A stretch of 64,000 nucleotides of DNA from Octopus sinensis (GCF_006345805.1 NC_043000.1:1240001-1304000); one strand, 5' to 3'; positions 12,071 to 23,827 are shown, numbered from the stretch's first letter. Notes: generated by a model not told the origin, from the letters alone. Numbers and translations: made by a program.

Positions 12071-12638
12071 ACTACTTTATACATACATATATTATATATA
12101 TATACTTTATACATACATATTATATTATATATATATACTTTATACATACATATTATATTATATATATATAACAACAACAACAACAATATAATATATATAT
12201 ATATAGGGAGAGAGCGAGAGAGAAAGAGAGCGAGAGAAAGGAGAGAGAGAAAGAGAAAGATATACGTACATACACGTGGATTGCTTCATCTTGACAGATG
12301 ATAGTCACCTCAATCGATTCCCATCATTCCGTTAATCTTGCAATACGTCTGTCTGTGTGTTTCTGTGATGACTCTCTCACACAGGAAACTCTGTCGAAGT
12401 AATTTCTGACCATAGAAAACATGACAACGGAGTTAGCATAAATTTTTGTCGCTTTGTGTGTGTAAGATTCGAGACTATGAGCCTCCTACTGATGAAAGTC
12501 TGCACATGTCGTCATTTTTCCATTGCCAGGGGACTTTAATAAAGAGACAATTTGAGCCAGGTGGAATGAGACATCTGTACGTTATTGGATTAAAGTGGTG
12601 TACGCTTTCATGACATGTATTTCACTCTCTAAATTTAA

Positions 12639-12960
12639 AGACTCCGCCGGTTACGACGACGAGGGTCCCAGCTGATACGATCAGCGGAACAGCTTGCTCG
12701 TGAAATTAACGTGCAAATGGCTGAGCATTCCACAGACACGTGTACCCTTAACATAGTTCTCGGGGATAATCAGCGTGACACAGAGAGTGACAAGGCTGAC
12801 CCTTTGAAATACAAGTACAACTCATTTTTGCCAGCTGAGTGGACTGGAGCAACGTGAAATAAAGTGTCTTGCTCAAGGACACAACGCGTCGCCGGGAATC
12901 GAACTCACAACCTTACGATCATGAGCCGAATGCCCTAACCACTAAGCCACGCGCCCTCAC
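12639..12960 (-). mobile_element. tRNA-derived SINE family D, full length, 12-bp TSD
   Basis: A-box tggcttagtgg, B-box gagttcgattccc; TSD cactctctaaat at 12623-12634 and 12960-12971. Confidence 0.92.
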
Positions 12961-12989
12961 ACTCTCTAAATATCAGTAACTGGAACTCA

Positions 12990-13480
12990 ATGACAAGCAT
13001 TCTACGATCGGAATGAGACAGTTAGACTTGGCTGTTTGGACGCTGAGATTTGGCGCAACATGGTGATCTCATATCAAGATAAGCAGCATCACCATCATCA
13101 TTGTTCGACCGTGGTCGAGACAATGGAATTTACCATGCTACGCCAGACTTCACGGTCCATCACGGCATTACGGAGGTCCTGTTGCTGGATGCCTGTATCC
13201 CTGGAGATTACATCAGGGTAGGAGAGTGTACGCCCTCTGGTATTGCGAGTAGATGGCTTCCAGAGAAGAAGAGTAGAAATTATTTCTTTTTCAGCTCTAC
13301 AACAATGTCCAGCAAACTGGACTCTCCTACCTTTCACAAGATAAGCAGCGCATGACCTTGCAGGTGGGGCCCGGTTAGAATTTTCTTCTGGTCGAGTAGA
13401 CAATCCCGCTCAAAAGGTCCCTGATAAGAATTGTTTAAGGATGTTGAACGAAACACCTATGTTTCCAATGGTGACTAGGT
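12990..13480 (+). mobile_element. Older RTE-like LINE 3' end and UTR, interrupted by a second RTE
   Basis: Plus frame LDAEIWRNMV resembles RTE C-termini; the sequence resumes after the nested insert. Confidence 0.55.
13088..13336 (-). mobile_element. 5'-truncated RTE-clade LINE with 13-bp TSD
   Basis: RRVQFAGHCCRAEKE...GRTLSYPDVISRDTG...MDREVWRSMV...*, (tga)-type tail; TSD caagataagcagc at 13075-13087 and 13337-13349. Confidence 0.88.
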
Positions 13481-13619
13481 ATGCAACCTGTTTTGGCAAC
13501 AGTACGTTTTGGTACCGGCGGCAAGCACACACACACACAAACGTACATACGCACACCCATAACATACACATGTGTACATATGCACACGCATGAAAGCGTA
13601 GAAATATACACAAACATAC

Positions 13620-13989
13620 GCAGGAGTGGCTGTGTGGTAAGTAGCTTGCTTACCAACCACATGGTTCCGGGTTCAATCTCACTTGGGCAAGTGTCTTCTA
13701 CTATAGTCTCGGGCCGACCAAAGCCTTGTGAGTGGATTTGGTAGACGGAAACTGAAAGAAGCCCGTCGTATATATGTATATATGTGTGTGTCTATGTGTT
13801 TGTGTTTGTCCCCCTACATCGCTTGACAACCGATGGTGGTGTGTTTACGTCCCCGTAACTTAGCGGTTCAGCAAAAGTCACCGATAGAATAAGTACTAGG
13901 CTTACAAAGAATAAGTCCCGGGGTCGATTTGCTGACTAAAAGTGGTGCTCCAGCATGGTCACAGTCAAATGACTTAAACAAGTAAAAGA
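13620..13989 (+). mobile_element. SINE family B, full length
   Basis: Head-to-tail match to the family B consensus. Confidence 0.9.
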
Positions 13990-14036
13990 CATACAGACTG
14001 CGAGAGTGAGAGAGAAGGAGAGAAGGAGGGCGAGAT

Positions 14037-14117
<81 letters not shown>

Positions 14118-14224
14118 TTACACATACATACAAACTTAATTAGATGTTCATACACATAAAAAAACAAGCAAATACATTATAAGTTTTCCGCTCATTATAA
14201 GCTTTGATGCTTGATTGTTAATTA

Positions 14225-14430
14225 TCGTGGGAGACATTCAACATCCAAGAACCCAAAATCCTAGCTGTCCCCAGGAGCACAGTTTTGGGGGCTTGCTCTG
14301 CTCTCATGACAATTATGATTTTTTTCTGACATATATCTCGAACTTGATTGTTAGTGCTCTGCGTGCCTTTACAGCCACTGGAATGACAGACACTCTCCTC
14401 ACAGTCCACTTTGCAATTTCGTGTTTTAAT
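14225..14430 (-). mobile_element. R4/Dong-like (RLE-type) LINE C-terminal fragment
   Basis: Frameshifted HEIAK-W-VRRVSVIPVAV ... EQAPKTVLLGTARIL, matching the QK.LLGTARIL C-terminal motif of RLE LINEs. Confidence 0.7.
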
Positions 14431-14439
14431 AGTCAGAAC

Positions 14440-15078
14440 CGAGCTGGCAGAAACGTTAGCATGCCGGGCGAAATGCTTAGCGGTATTTCGTCTGTCTTTA
14501 CGTTGTGAGTTCAAATTCCGCCGAGGTCGACTTTCCCTTTCATCTTTTCGGGGTCGATAAATTAAGTACCAGTTACGCACTGAGGTCGATGTAATCGACT
14601 TAATCCGTTTGTCTGTCCTTGTTTGTCCTCTCTGTGTTTAGCCTCTTGTGGGTAGTAAAGAAATGGGTATTTCGTCTGCCACTACGTTCTGAGTTCAAAT
14701 TCCGCCGAGGTCAACTTTACTTTTTATCCTTTCGGGGTTGATCAAATAAGTACCAGTTACGCACTGAGGTCGATATAATCGACTTAATCCCTTTGACTGT
14801 CCTTGTTCGTCCCCTCTGTGTTTAGCCCCTTGTGAATAGTAAAGAAATAGGAATTTCGTCTGTTTTTATGTTCTGAGTTCAAATTCCACCGAAGTCGACT
14901 TTGCCTTTCATCCTTTCGGGGTCGATAAATTAAGTACCAGTTACGCACTGGGGTCGATGTAATCAACTTAATCCCTTTGTCTGTCCTTGTTTGTCCTCTC
15001 TGTGTTTAGCCCCTTGTGGGTAGTAAAGAAATAGGTATTTCGTCTGTCGTTACGTTCTGAGTTCAAATTCCGCCGAGG
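14440..15078 (+). mobile_element. Tandem array of SINE family A, 184-bp period
   Basis: Unit starts at 14482, 14666, 14850 and 15034; only the first carries the A-box head. Confidence 0.92.
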
Positions 15079-15409
15079 AACAGACCGGTTAATTCGTACA
15101 CCACAAGTGCAATCTTTGAGTGGAACAGTAAAATTATGCAAGAGTTTTCTCAAGTTCCAAATGTGAATTTGTCTGTGTTAGCTACATCCCAAAGATAGAG
15201 TCTTGTGTCTTTGTTGGAAACCGGTTCCCTCCTCAGTGGAAGATTTATAATAATAAAAATAGAAGATATATGCATACATACACATATCAGGAGCGAAACT
15301 GCGTTTGACCCACTGACCGATAACTGATGAGGAGTTGACATTTGTTTGTGCATCTATTATGTTTTTAACTTATTATACACACACACGCACACACACACAC
15401 ACACACACA

Positions 15410-15584
15410 TCTTTTACTTGTTTCAGTCATTAGACTGCGACCATGCAGGAGCACCGTCATGAAGAATTTTTTAGACGAACCGCCAAGTTCCGGGGACGTA
15501 AACACACCAACACCAATTGTCAAGCGGTGGAAGGAGGACAAACATAGACACAAAGATACACACATACACACACAAGCACACACA

Positions 15585-15642
<58 letters not shown>

Positions 15643-15812
15643 TTACACACACATACGACGGGCTTCTTTCAGTTTCCATCTACTAAATCCACTCACAATA
15701 CTTTTGTCGGCCCATGGCTGTTGTAGAGGACATTTTTCCCAATGTGTCATGCAGTGGGACCGAACCCGCAACTACGTGGCTTGGAAGCAAGCTTCCTACC
15801 ACTCGGTCATAC
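15410..15812 (-). mobile_element. SINE family B, diverged
   Basis: Reverse complement of the family B consensus. Confidence 0.85.
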
Positions 15813-15838
15813 TTTTACACACACACACACATACAGGT

Positions 15839-16650
15839 GCAGACGTGGTGGCTATGTGGTAAGAAGTTTTCTTCCCAACCACATGTGGTTACTTCCCAAC
15901 CACATGTGGTTACTTCCCAACCACATGTGGTTACTTTCCAACCACATGTGGTTACTTTCCAACCACATGTGGTTACTTCCCAACCACATGTGGTTACTTC
16001 CCAACCACATGTGGTTACTTCCCAACCACATGTGGTTACTTTCCAACCACATGTGGTTACTTCCCAACCACATGTGGTTACTTCCCAACCACATGTGGTT
16101 ACTTCCCAACCACATGTGGTTACTTCCCAACCACATGTGGTTACTTCCCAACCACATGTGGTTACTTTCCAACCACATGTGGTTACTTCCCAACCACATG
16201 TGGTTACTTTCCAACCACATGTGGTTACTTTCCAACCACATGTGGTTACTTCCCAACCACATGTAGTTACTTTCCAACCACATGTGGTTACTTCCAACCA
16301 CATGTGGTTACTTCCCAACCACATGTGGTTACTTTCCAACCACATGTGGTTACTTCCCACCACATGTGGTTACTTCCCAACCACATGTGGTACTTCCCAA
16401 CCACATGTGGTTACTTCCCAACCACATGTGGTTACTTCCCAACCACATGTGGTTACTTCCCAACCACATGTGGTTACTTTCCAACCACATGTGGTTACTT
16501 CCCAACCACATGTGGTTACTTTCCAACCACATGTGGTTACTTTCCAACCACATGGTTCAGTCCCATTGCGTGGCACTTTGGGAAAGTGTCCAATAGTCTT
16601 GTGAGTGGATTTGGTAGACGGAAACTGAAAGGATCCTATCGTATGTATGT
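15839..16650 (+). mobile_element. SINE family B 5' half with a minisatellite expanded inside its tRNA head
   Basis: ggctatgtggtaagaag precedes the array; gttcagtcccattgcgtggcac follows it. Confidence 0.85.
15872..16554. repeat. 21-bp minisatellite, about 32 copies, with a 14-bp palindromic core
   Basis: Unit tt(c/t)ccAACCACATGTGGTTac. Confidence 0.97.
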
Positions 16651-16711
16651 GTGTGTGTGTGTGTGTGTGTCCTTTAAAGATGTATTGTACAAGTACAGAA
16701 ATGTGTGCGTG

Positions 16712-16749
<38 letters not shown>

Positions 16750-17112
16750 TGTGTGTGAATAAATCAATCAATATATATGGAGGAAAGCTGTCTCCGGAAA
16801 AATGCCGCGGGAAGTTTGCCTGTCCCTATGTATTTACGTTTATTATGATACATATATGACTATTTTCATCTAATACTGCTTCTCTTGTCTACAACGAATT
16901 TTCGACATAAAGTTATTTTTCAGCGATCAACGAATGTATCTACTTATTTAGTTCAGTCTAAATATTTCAATGGTTCTAATTCTGAAATGTTAGACTTTCA
17001 CCTTCGCTCTGTAGTTACTTTTGTTTTTATCTCCATAATTGCAGAACTTTAAAAGTTTAAAATATAGGAGGGAACATTTTAGTTTTGCTAATAATTGAAT
17101 TATTATTATTTT

Positions 17113-17945
17113 TAAGGCGGCGAAATGGCAGAATCGTTAGCACGCCGGGCATAATGCTTAGCGAGATTTCGTTCATCTTTACGTTCTGAGTTCAAATTCC
17201 GCCGAGGTCGACTTTGCCTTTCATCCTTTCATGGTCGATTAAGTAAGTACCAGTTGCGCACTGGAGTCGATATAATCGACTTAATCTGTTTGTCTGTCCT
17301 TGTTTGTCCTCTCTTTGTTTAGCTTCATGTGGGTAGTGAAGAAATAGGTATTTCGTTCATCCTTACGTTCAGAGTTCAAATCCCTCCGAGGTCGACTTTA
17401 TCTTTCCTCCTTTCGGGGTCAATAAATTAAGTACCAGCGAAACACAAGGGTCGATGTGATCGACTCTCCTCCCCTCCCCACAAAATCCAGGCGTTGTGCC
17501 TATGGTGGAAAGGATTGTTAAGGCGTTGAGCTGGCAGAAACGTTAGCACGCCGAGCGAAAGGCTTAGCAGTATTTCGTCTGCCGTTACGTTCTGAGTTCA
17601 AATTCCGCCGAGGTTGACTTTGCCTTTCATCCTTTCGGTGTCGATAAATAAAGTACCAGTTACGCACTGGGGTCGATGTAATCGACTTAATCCCTTTGTC
17701 TGTCCTTGTTTGTCCCCTCTATGTTTAGCCCCTTGTGGGTAATAAAAGAAACATATCACTCCGGGCAAAATGCCCGGCGACATTTCGTTCATCTTTACGT
17801 TCAGAGTTCAAATTCCCCCGATGTCCACTTTGCCTTTCATCCTTTCGGGGTCGATAAATTAAGTATCAATGAAACATTGGAGTCGATACAATCAACTTAT
17901 CCTCTCTCACCAAACTTCAGACCTTGTGTCTTTAGTAGAAAATAT
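17113..17945 (+). mobile_element. Cluster of four SINE family A units (long and short tails)
   Basis: Heads at about 17113 and 17520; head-less units at about 17346 and 17770. Confidence 0.88.
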
Positions 17946-17948
17946 TAT

Positions 17949-18370
17949 GGCGATCTTTCGTCTCTAGTAGACCTTTCCGTCGATTTCCGTAAAAAAAAAT
18001 TTTTTCTTACATATGGGCTTGCGGGAAGTAATATACATACATATACACATACACAGAGTAAAAAATTTCAGTTATCTCTTTCTTTCACACATTACTCTGT
18101 CTCTTCACACACACTAACAGAAGCACTTCACTTACACAACATACTGTCTGTCTCCCACACCCCATCAAACACACACACACACACACACACACATGCACAT
18201 CAATGCTTCCCATGCACGGTAACTTCAAAAGAATTTCCCTCGTCATACAATCGCTTTCTCTTAGTCTCTTTCGCTCTCATTACTTCAAAAGCTCCCGCAA
18301 GCCCAAATGTAAAAAAAAAAAAATTTTTACGGAAATCGACGGAAAGGTCTACTAGAGACGAAAGATTGCC
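17949..18370. mobile_element. MITE with about 78-bp TIRs and 8-bp TSD (GG-start; Merlin-, MULE- or hAT-like)
   Basis: TIR ggc(g/a)atctttcgtctctagtagacctttccgtcgatttccgt...; TSD aatattat at 17941-17948 and 18371-18378. Confidence 0.9.
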
Positions 18371-19046
18371 AATATTATTATTATTTATTGTTTAATTTTA
18401 TTGTTTACATTGCTTATCAGTGCGTCACGTTTTTTGCCGTTTTGTAAATTTGAAAACAATTGTTGTTAGTTTACAAATTTAAAATGTTATTTCTGTACTT
18501 TTCCGCTGTGTATTTGATTGTGGTGTGACCACGAGGAGAGAGATGTGCCTATTTCCTTTTATAGGTTCTTAACCAATTTATACGACCTAACCAATTTATG
18601 CAAAATATATTTGTTGATAAATTATGTTATAACACGATCATATTCACAAATGGTGTCTTGTGTGACGATGAGGTGGGGGTGAACAGCAAGAGAAAGTACA
18701 AGAAGGTGAAGGGAATGGCGGGGAAACTCCACTTCATTATCAAAAACAAGAATTTCCCTCTTTTGGTTCAAAGACTGGTAAAAACATTAATGACAGAAAA
18801 TAATCCTTCTCGCTATCGTCACGTCTGGTCATGGCAGCAGCAGTGTCAAGAACAACAGCAATTTAATCCAAGCTGCAAAAACAACAAGAACAACATCTAC
18901 ATTATCACCACTGTGACTGTTAATAGCTGTGAAATGCATGCAAGCAAATCAACAGGGACGACTGCCAAACCAGCTATTGGAAGGTGGAGCGCTCTGTTAG
19001 TGCTCTGCGTGACTTTACAGCTACTGGAATGACAGACACTCTCAAA

Positions 19047-19336
19047 GCTAAGTGACGGGGACGTAAACACACCAGCATCGGTTGTCAAGCAATGCTAGGG
19101 GGACAAACACAGACACACAAACACACACACACACACACACACATACACACACACACACATACATACATATATACGACGGGCTTCTTTCAGTTTCCGTCTA
19201 CCAAATCCACTCACAAGGCATTGGTCGGCCCGGGGCTATAGCAGAAGACACTTGTCCAAGATGCCACGCAGTGGGACTGAACCCAGAACCATGTGGTTGG
19301 TTAGCAAGCTACTTACCACACAGCCACTCCTGCGCC
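19047..19336 (-). mobile_element. SINE family B, 3'-truncated
   Basis: Family B match; shares its flank with the 23281-23718 copy. Confidence 0.88.
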
Positions 19337-19611
19337 TATATATATATATATATATACACACTCATATGACACAGACATATTTTTGTATGCGTATAACATA
19401 ACTCTTCTGCTTCTACTGTCTCCACCAGCAATAAATAAAGCAATGTTGTTAGGTAAAGCGACGCACTCCTAAGCAGGAGATTTGCTTATAATTAAAAAGG
19501 CATTCAGACAAATGACTGCATATTAGGGCCTGACATAATAATCGCTTTGCCAGAGTAGAGAGGAAAAACAAAAACCCCCAAAAGAACTATTTGCTACAGA
19601 TTTACTCTTTT

Positions 19612-19818
19612 TTTTACTCTTTTACTCTTTTACTTGTTTCAGTCATTTGACTGCGGCCATGCTGGAGCACCGCCTTTAGTCGAACAAATCGACCCCGGGA
19701 CTTATTCTTTGTAAGCCCAGTACTTATCCTATCGGTCTCTTTTTGCCGAACCGCTAAGTGACGGGGACGTAAACACACCAGCATCGGTTGTCAAGCAATG
19801 CTAGGGGGACAAACACAA

Positions 19819-19869
<51 letters not shown>

Positions 19870-20017
19870 TACGACGGGCTTCTTTCAGTTTCCGTCTACC
19901 AAATCCACTCACAAGGCTATAGTAGAAGACACTTGCCCAAGGTGCCACGCAGTGGGACTGAACCCGGAACCATGTGGTTGGTTAGCAAGCTACTTACCAC
20001 ACAGCCACTCCCGCGCC
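19612..20017 (-). mobile_element. SINE family B, near full length
   Basis: Family B consensus with a short internal deletion. Confidence 0.9.
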
Positions 20018-20499
20018 TATTTGCGTACATGAGATTTGCGTACATGAAATCCACGAGGATGGGTAACTTTGCTCCTGGGCGGCCCGAAAAGTGTACAAAA
20101 GATCTGTGGAGTACGTATGGCACATCAGCAAAGAGAGAAAACACGAGGAGGGACCGAGTTTGCGTCTCAACGGAAAACAGGTCAGGAAAACAGCTAAACA
20201 AACATGTTACTCTGAAGCAGGGGCGGACTGAGCCGTCGGTCAATCGGGCACTGGCCGAGGGCCCGGAGCTCTGAGGAGCCCGCACTCTACATTTTAAGTC
20301 TCTTTGATATCAATGCTAAGGGGCTTGGTGAACAGTTATGTCCGAGGGCTCTTAATACTCACAGTCCGCTCTGCTCTGAAGAGAATTAATACTCACCTCT
20401 GTGACATGGGGAAATAAAACCACCTTTAAGTTTTTAAGTGATCACGATGAATACATGTTATTTAATATTTGGTAGAAGTGTGCTGTTTTTCAGCAGTAT

Positions 20500-20760
20500 T
20501 TCGCCAAACTTTAATATCCGTTTCTTTTATTACCCACAAGGGGCTAAACATAGAGGGGACAAACAAGGACAGACAAACGGATTTAGTCGATTACATCGAC
20601 ACCCCCGTCAGTGCGTAACTGGTACTTAATTTATCATCCCCGAAAGGATGAAAGGATAAGTCGACCTCGGCGGAATTTGCACTCAGAACGTAACGGCAGA
20701 CGAAATACGGCTACGCATTTCGTCCGGCGTGCTAACAGTTCTGCCAGCTCGCAGCCTTAG
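20500..20760 (-). mobile_element. SINE family A (long tail)
   Basis: Reverse complement of family A. Confidence 0.85.
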
Positions 20761-20779
20761 CGAGCTTTAGTATCTCGTT

Positions 20780-21940
20780 CGACATCCTGCTGCGAGTCTC
20801 AGCAGAGATGAAATATAGCGAAAACCCTACTATACCAACTAATTTGCAATTGAAAATGAATGATTGTGCAAGGAATAAATCGCCTTCTTTGGATGATCTG
20901 TTTTATGAGTTTTAGGGATATGCTAGGTCTAGTCACCTCTCCCATGACAAACGTCTATCGCCACTATCTGCACTCCTCGGAGTGTCTGTTTCGGCAACCG
21001 GCGGCTCCTCGGTCGTTCTGTCCCTGTGTCTGCGGACAATCCGCAGCAAACAGGATGTCTCCACATGCGGGATTGTTGGGGACCGCTTGTGAAATCCACA
21101 TATTCCCACGAAACTTCTTCCATGAGTAGAAGAAGCCGACTCAACCCGCCCATGGTGAATGTCGCCACAAGTACAAGTAAGTACTATCTGCAGACGTGGA
21201 ACATTTCTAGCTGTATCAGCCGGGAAGTGGTTGAGCTGTTGAGGACCGTCTCGGACAAAGGTGCCATTATCGGCAATTTCTGTAACATATCTCTGTTGAA
21301 TTAAAAATTCGGTTGCTATCGATTTGAAGAGATGATGTCCTCAAATACCCCATGCACTCTGTATACAAAAGAAACAAGTAATCTATACAAATATATTATT
21401 GGTTTCTTTCAATCATCGAACCACTGTGCAAATACTTAGCAGAGACATGGCATTAAGCATCCAATACACATGGGAAGGTATTTATATTGTTACAAGAGTA
21501 TTAGCTACTTAAGTAGGAACATAACCTTTTATAGAAATTCAAGCAAAGTAACCACGGGGATAAAATATTGAAATGAAAGCTGAAAGGCTACAAGTCCACT
21601 ACGGAGGTTTCAATAAATTTCTGAGGAGATCATATTTTTCTAGACTGTCTTAGTTCAGAAAGCTCTCAGAAACTTATCACCGCCAGCGTACCATCTCCTC
21701 TTCTTTCGCCATTATAATGATATCTGTTTTCTAAATCTTGGGACGTAAGTTACAGGTCGCTGGTTCTTAGACATCGTGGCTACCAGGAATGAGGAAATAG
21801 GTCAAAACATTCACAAGGCACCTAATGTATATTCTGTGAGAAAGTATGCGCTTCCAACTGAAAATGAAAGCATCAATGGCAGGTTTAACCTGAACAACTG
21901 AGCCATGTCAATACTAACCAGCGTTAAGCCAGCCCTCTCT
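20780..21940 (+). pseudogene. Possible degenerate DIRS-like tyrosine-recombinase region
   Basis: Broken-frame motifs EIQA, C(L)V.KALRN, GRWFLDIV and YSVRKYA occur in an order resembling DIRS recombinases. Recognition is by eye only. Confidence 0.33.
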
Positions 21941-22035
21941 CTCATCCCCACTCTCTGTATGTATGCATGTATATATATATATATATATGTATTTGTATAT
22001 GCATGCAAACATTGAACCTCTCTCTCTCACACACT

Positions 22036-22098
<63 letters not shown>

Positions 22099-22213
22099 AA
22101 AAGCAATTAAGATTCAAGTCAATTCTAATGAATTTACTTGAATGCGGTACTTAACTTAGATGCACCAGAAAACTATATGGTGTTAACCATACAGTAATGT
22201 GGGGTGATTATAA

Positions 22214-23247
22214 ACGAGAAAGAAGCAACAAGAATGGATTAGTTTTTAGTACAATTGTTTCATACAAAGACAGGCTTTATTAAAAGTTGCAAATATTGCA
22301 GCAGATAAAAGTGTCCCGTACTCATCAGCTAAAACACATATGAGTTCTCCAAACATCTTAGTGGGTGAGGCTACACTCATGAAGTATTGGAGATAATTCA
22401 TTTAAAAGCAAATTCAGGTTGCAAACAGACTTCCGAAGTTCTTTAATGATGATGCACAGTCTTATCACAGGTTTTTAAAAAAAGCTTATTAGCTTCACAG
22501 AGAGGTGAATAATCCTAGTGTAGATGTAAATTTCCAGAGATATGAGGAGGAATTTCATACTCACAGACGATGAATTATCCATGGTTAATCCACAATGAGG
22601 TGGGTATAATTTCATGCTATATGATAAGGTATTGTCACATTACTGTTCTCTTCACAAGACTGCTGTATGACTTCTAAAGGCTGAAGGAATTTTTGTGGCT
22701 CAAAGAAATTAAGAAAAGAAAGGACAGAAAGCAAGAAAGGACAGAACAGAGAAAAAAAAGAGACAAAAAGGAAAAGGAAAAAAAAGGAAAAGAAAAAAGA
22801 AAAAAGAAAAAGAAAAAGAAAAAAGAAAAAGAGGAGAAGAAAAGAAAAAAGAAACAGAAAAACGAAAAAGGGAAAGAAGGGAGAAAAGAAAAAACGCTCA
22901 CATAGAGTATACTGTGACAACTGAGAGGGAAAGGGGTCGCAAGTGACCCACTACACAGAAGAATTTGTAGACGGCCTGGCTGGCTTCGAATTTGCAGGAA
23001 TCTAAGAACTATAAGGAGAAATATTTTTTTGACCAATAAACAGCTATTATTGCCACCTGACGTAGCTGAAAGCAGATATGAGAATCTAAAGAGATAACAA
23101 GGTCAGGGATAGAGGGGTCAAAGGATATCATCAAAAGGAAATACATTAAGAGAAAAAAATTGCAATATTTGCAACTTTTAATAAAGCCTGTCTTTGTATG
23201 AAACAATTGTACTAAAAACTAATCCATTCTTGTTGCTTCTTTCTCGT
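22214..23247. mobile_element. Penelope-like element remnant with an 87-bp perfect inverted repeat
   Basis: 22214-22300 is the exact reverse complement of 23161-23247; the left side carries a complete hammerhead. Confidence 0.7.
22244..22334 (-). ncRNA. Hammerhead ribozyme motif, canonical core
   Basis: Minus strand: TTTTAG CTGATGA GTAC [long loop] GTAT GAAAC AATT GTA CTAAAA. Confidence 0.85.
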
Positions 23248-23250
23248 ATA

Positions 23251-23280
<30 letters not shown>

Positions 23281-23281
<1 letters not shown>

Positions 23282-23505
23282 CTCTTTGACTCTTTTACTT
23301 GTTTCAGTCATTTGACTGCGGCCATGCTGGAGCACCGCCTTTTAGTCGAGCAAATTGACCCCGGGACTTATTCTTTGTAAGCCCAGTACTTATTCTATCG
23401 TTCTCTTTTGCCGAACCGCTAAGTGACGGGGACGTAAACACACCAGCATCGGTTGTCAAGCAATGCTAGGGGGACAAACACAGACACACGCACACACACG
23501 CACAC

Positions 23506-23541
<36 letters not shown>

Positions 23542-23718
23542 ATACATACATATATACGACAGGCTTCTTTCAGTTTCCGTCTACCAAATCCACTCACAAG
23601 GCATTGGTCGGCCCGGGGCTATAGCAGAAGACACTTGCCCAAGATGCCACGCAGTGGGACTGAACCCAGAACCATGTGGTTGGTTAGCAAGCTACTTACC
23701 ACACAGCCACTCCTGCGC
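23281..23718 (-). mobile_element. SINE family B, full length
   Basis: Family B consensus. Confidence 0.9.
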
Positions 23719-23776
23719 ATATATATATATATATATATAATATTATATATATATATATATATTAATATATATCTAT

Positions 23777-23827
<51 letters not shown>

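Noticed and set aside
15872-16554. CRISPR-like palindromic array
   Set aside because: Units are adjacent with no unique spacers, there are no cas genes and the context is eukaryotic.
15714-16604. 296-aa and overlapping ORFs (TSQPHVV and LPNHMWL repeats)
   Set aside because: They are translations of a 21-bp (7-codon) minisatellite, open in several frames on both strands.
18598-19032. 144-aa ORF as a host exon
   Set aside because: Starts at a non-ATG codon, runs through CAG/CAA low-complexity sequence into repeat fragments and has no recognisable domain.
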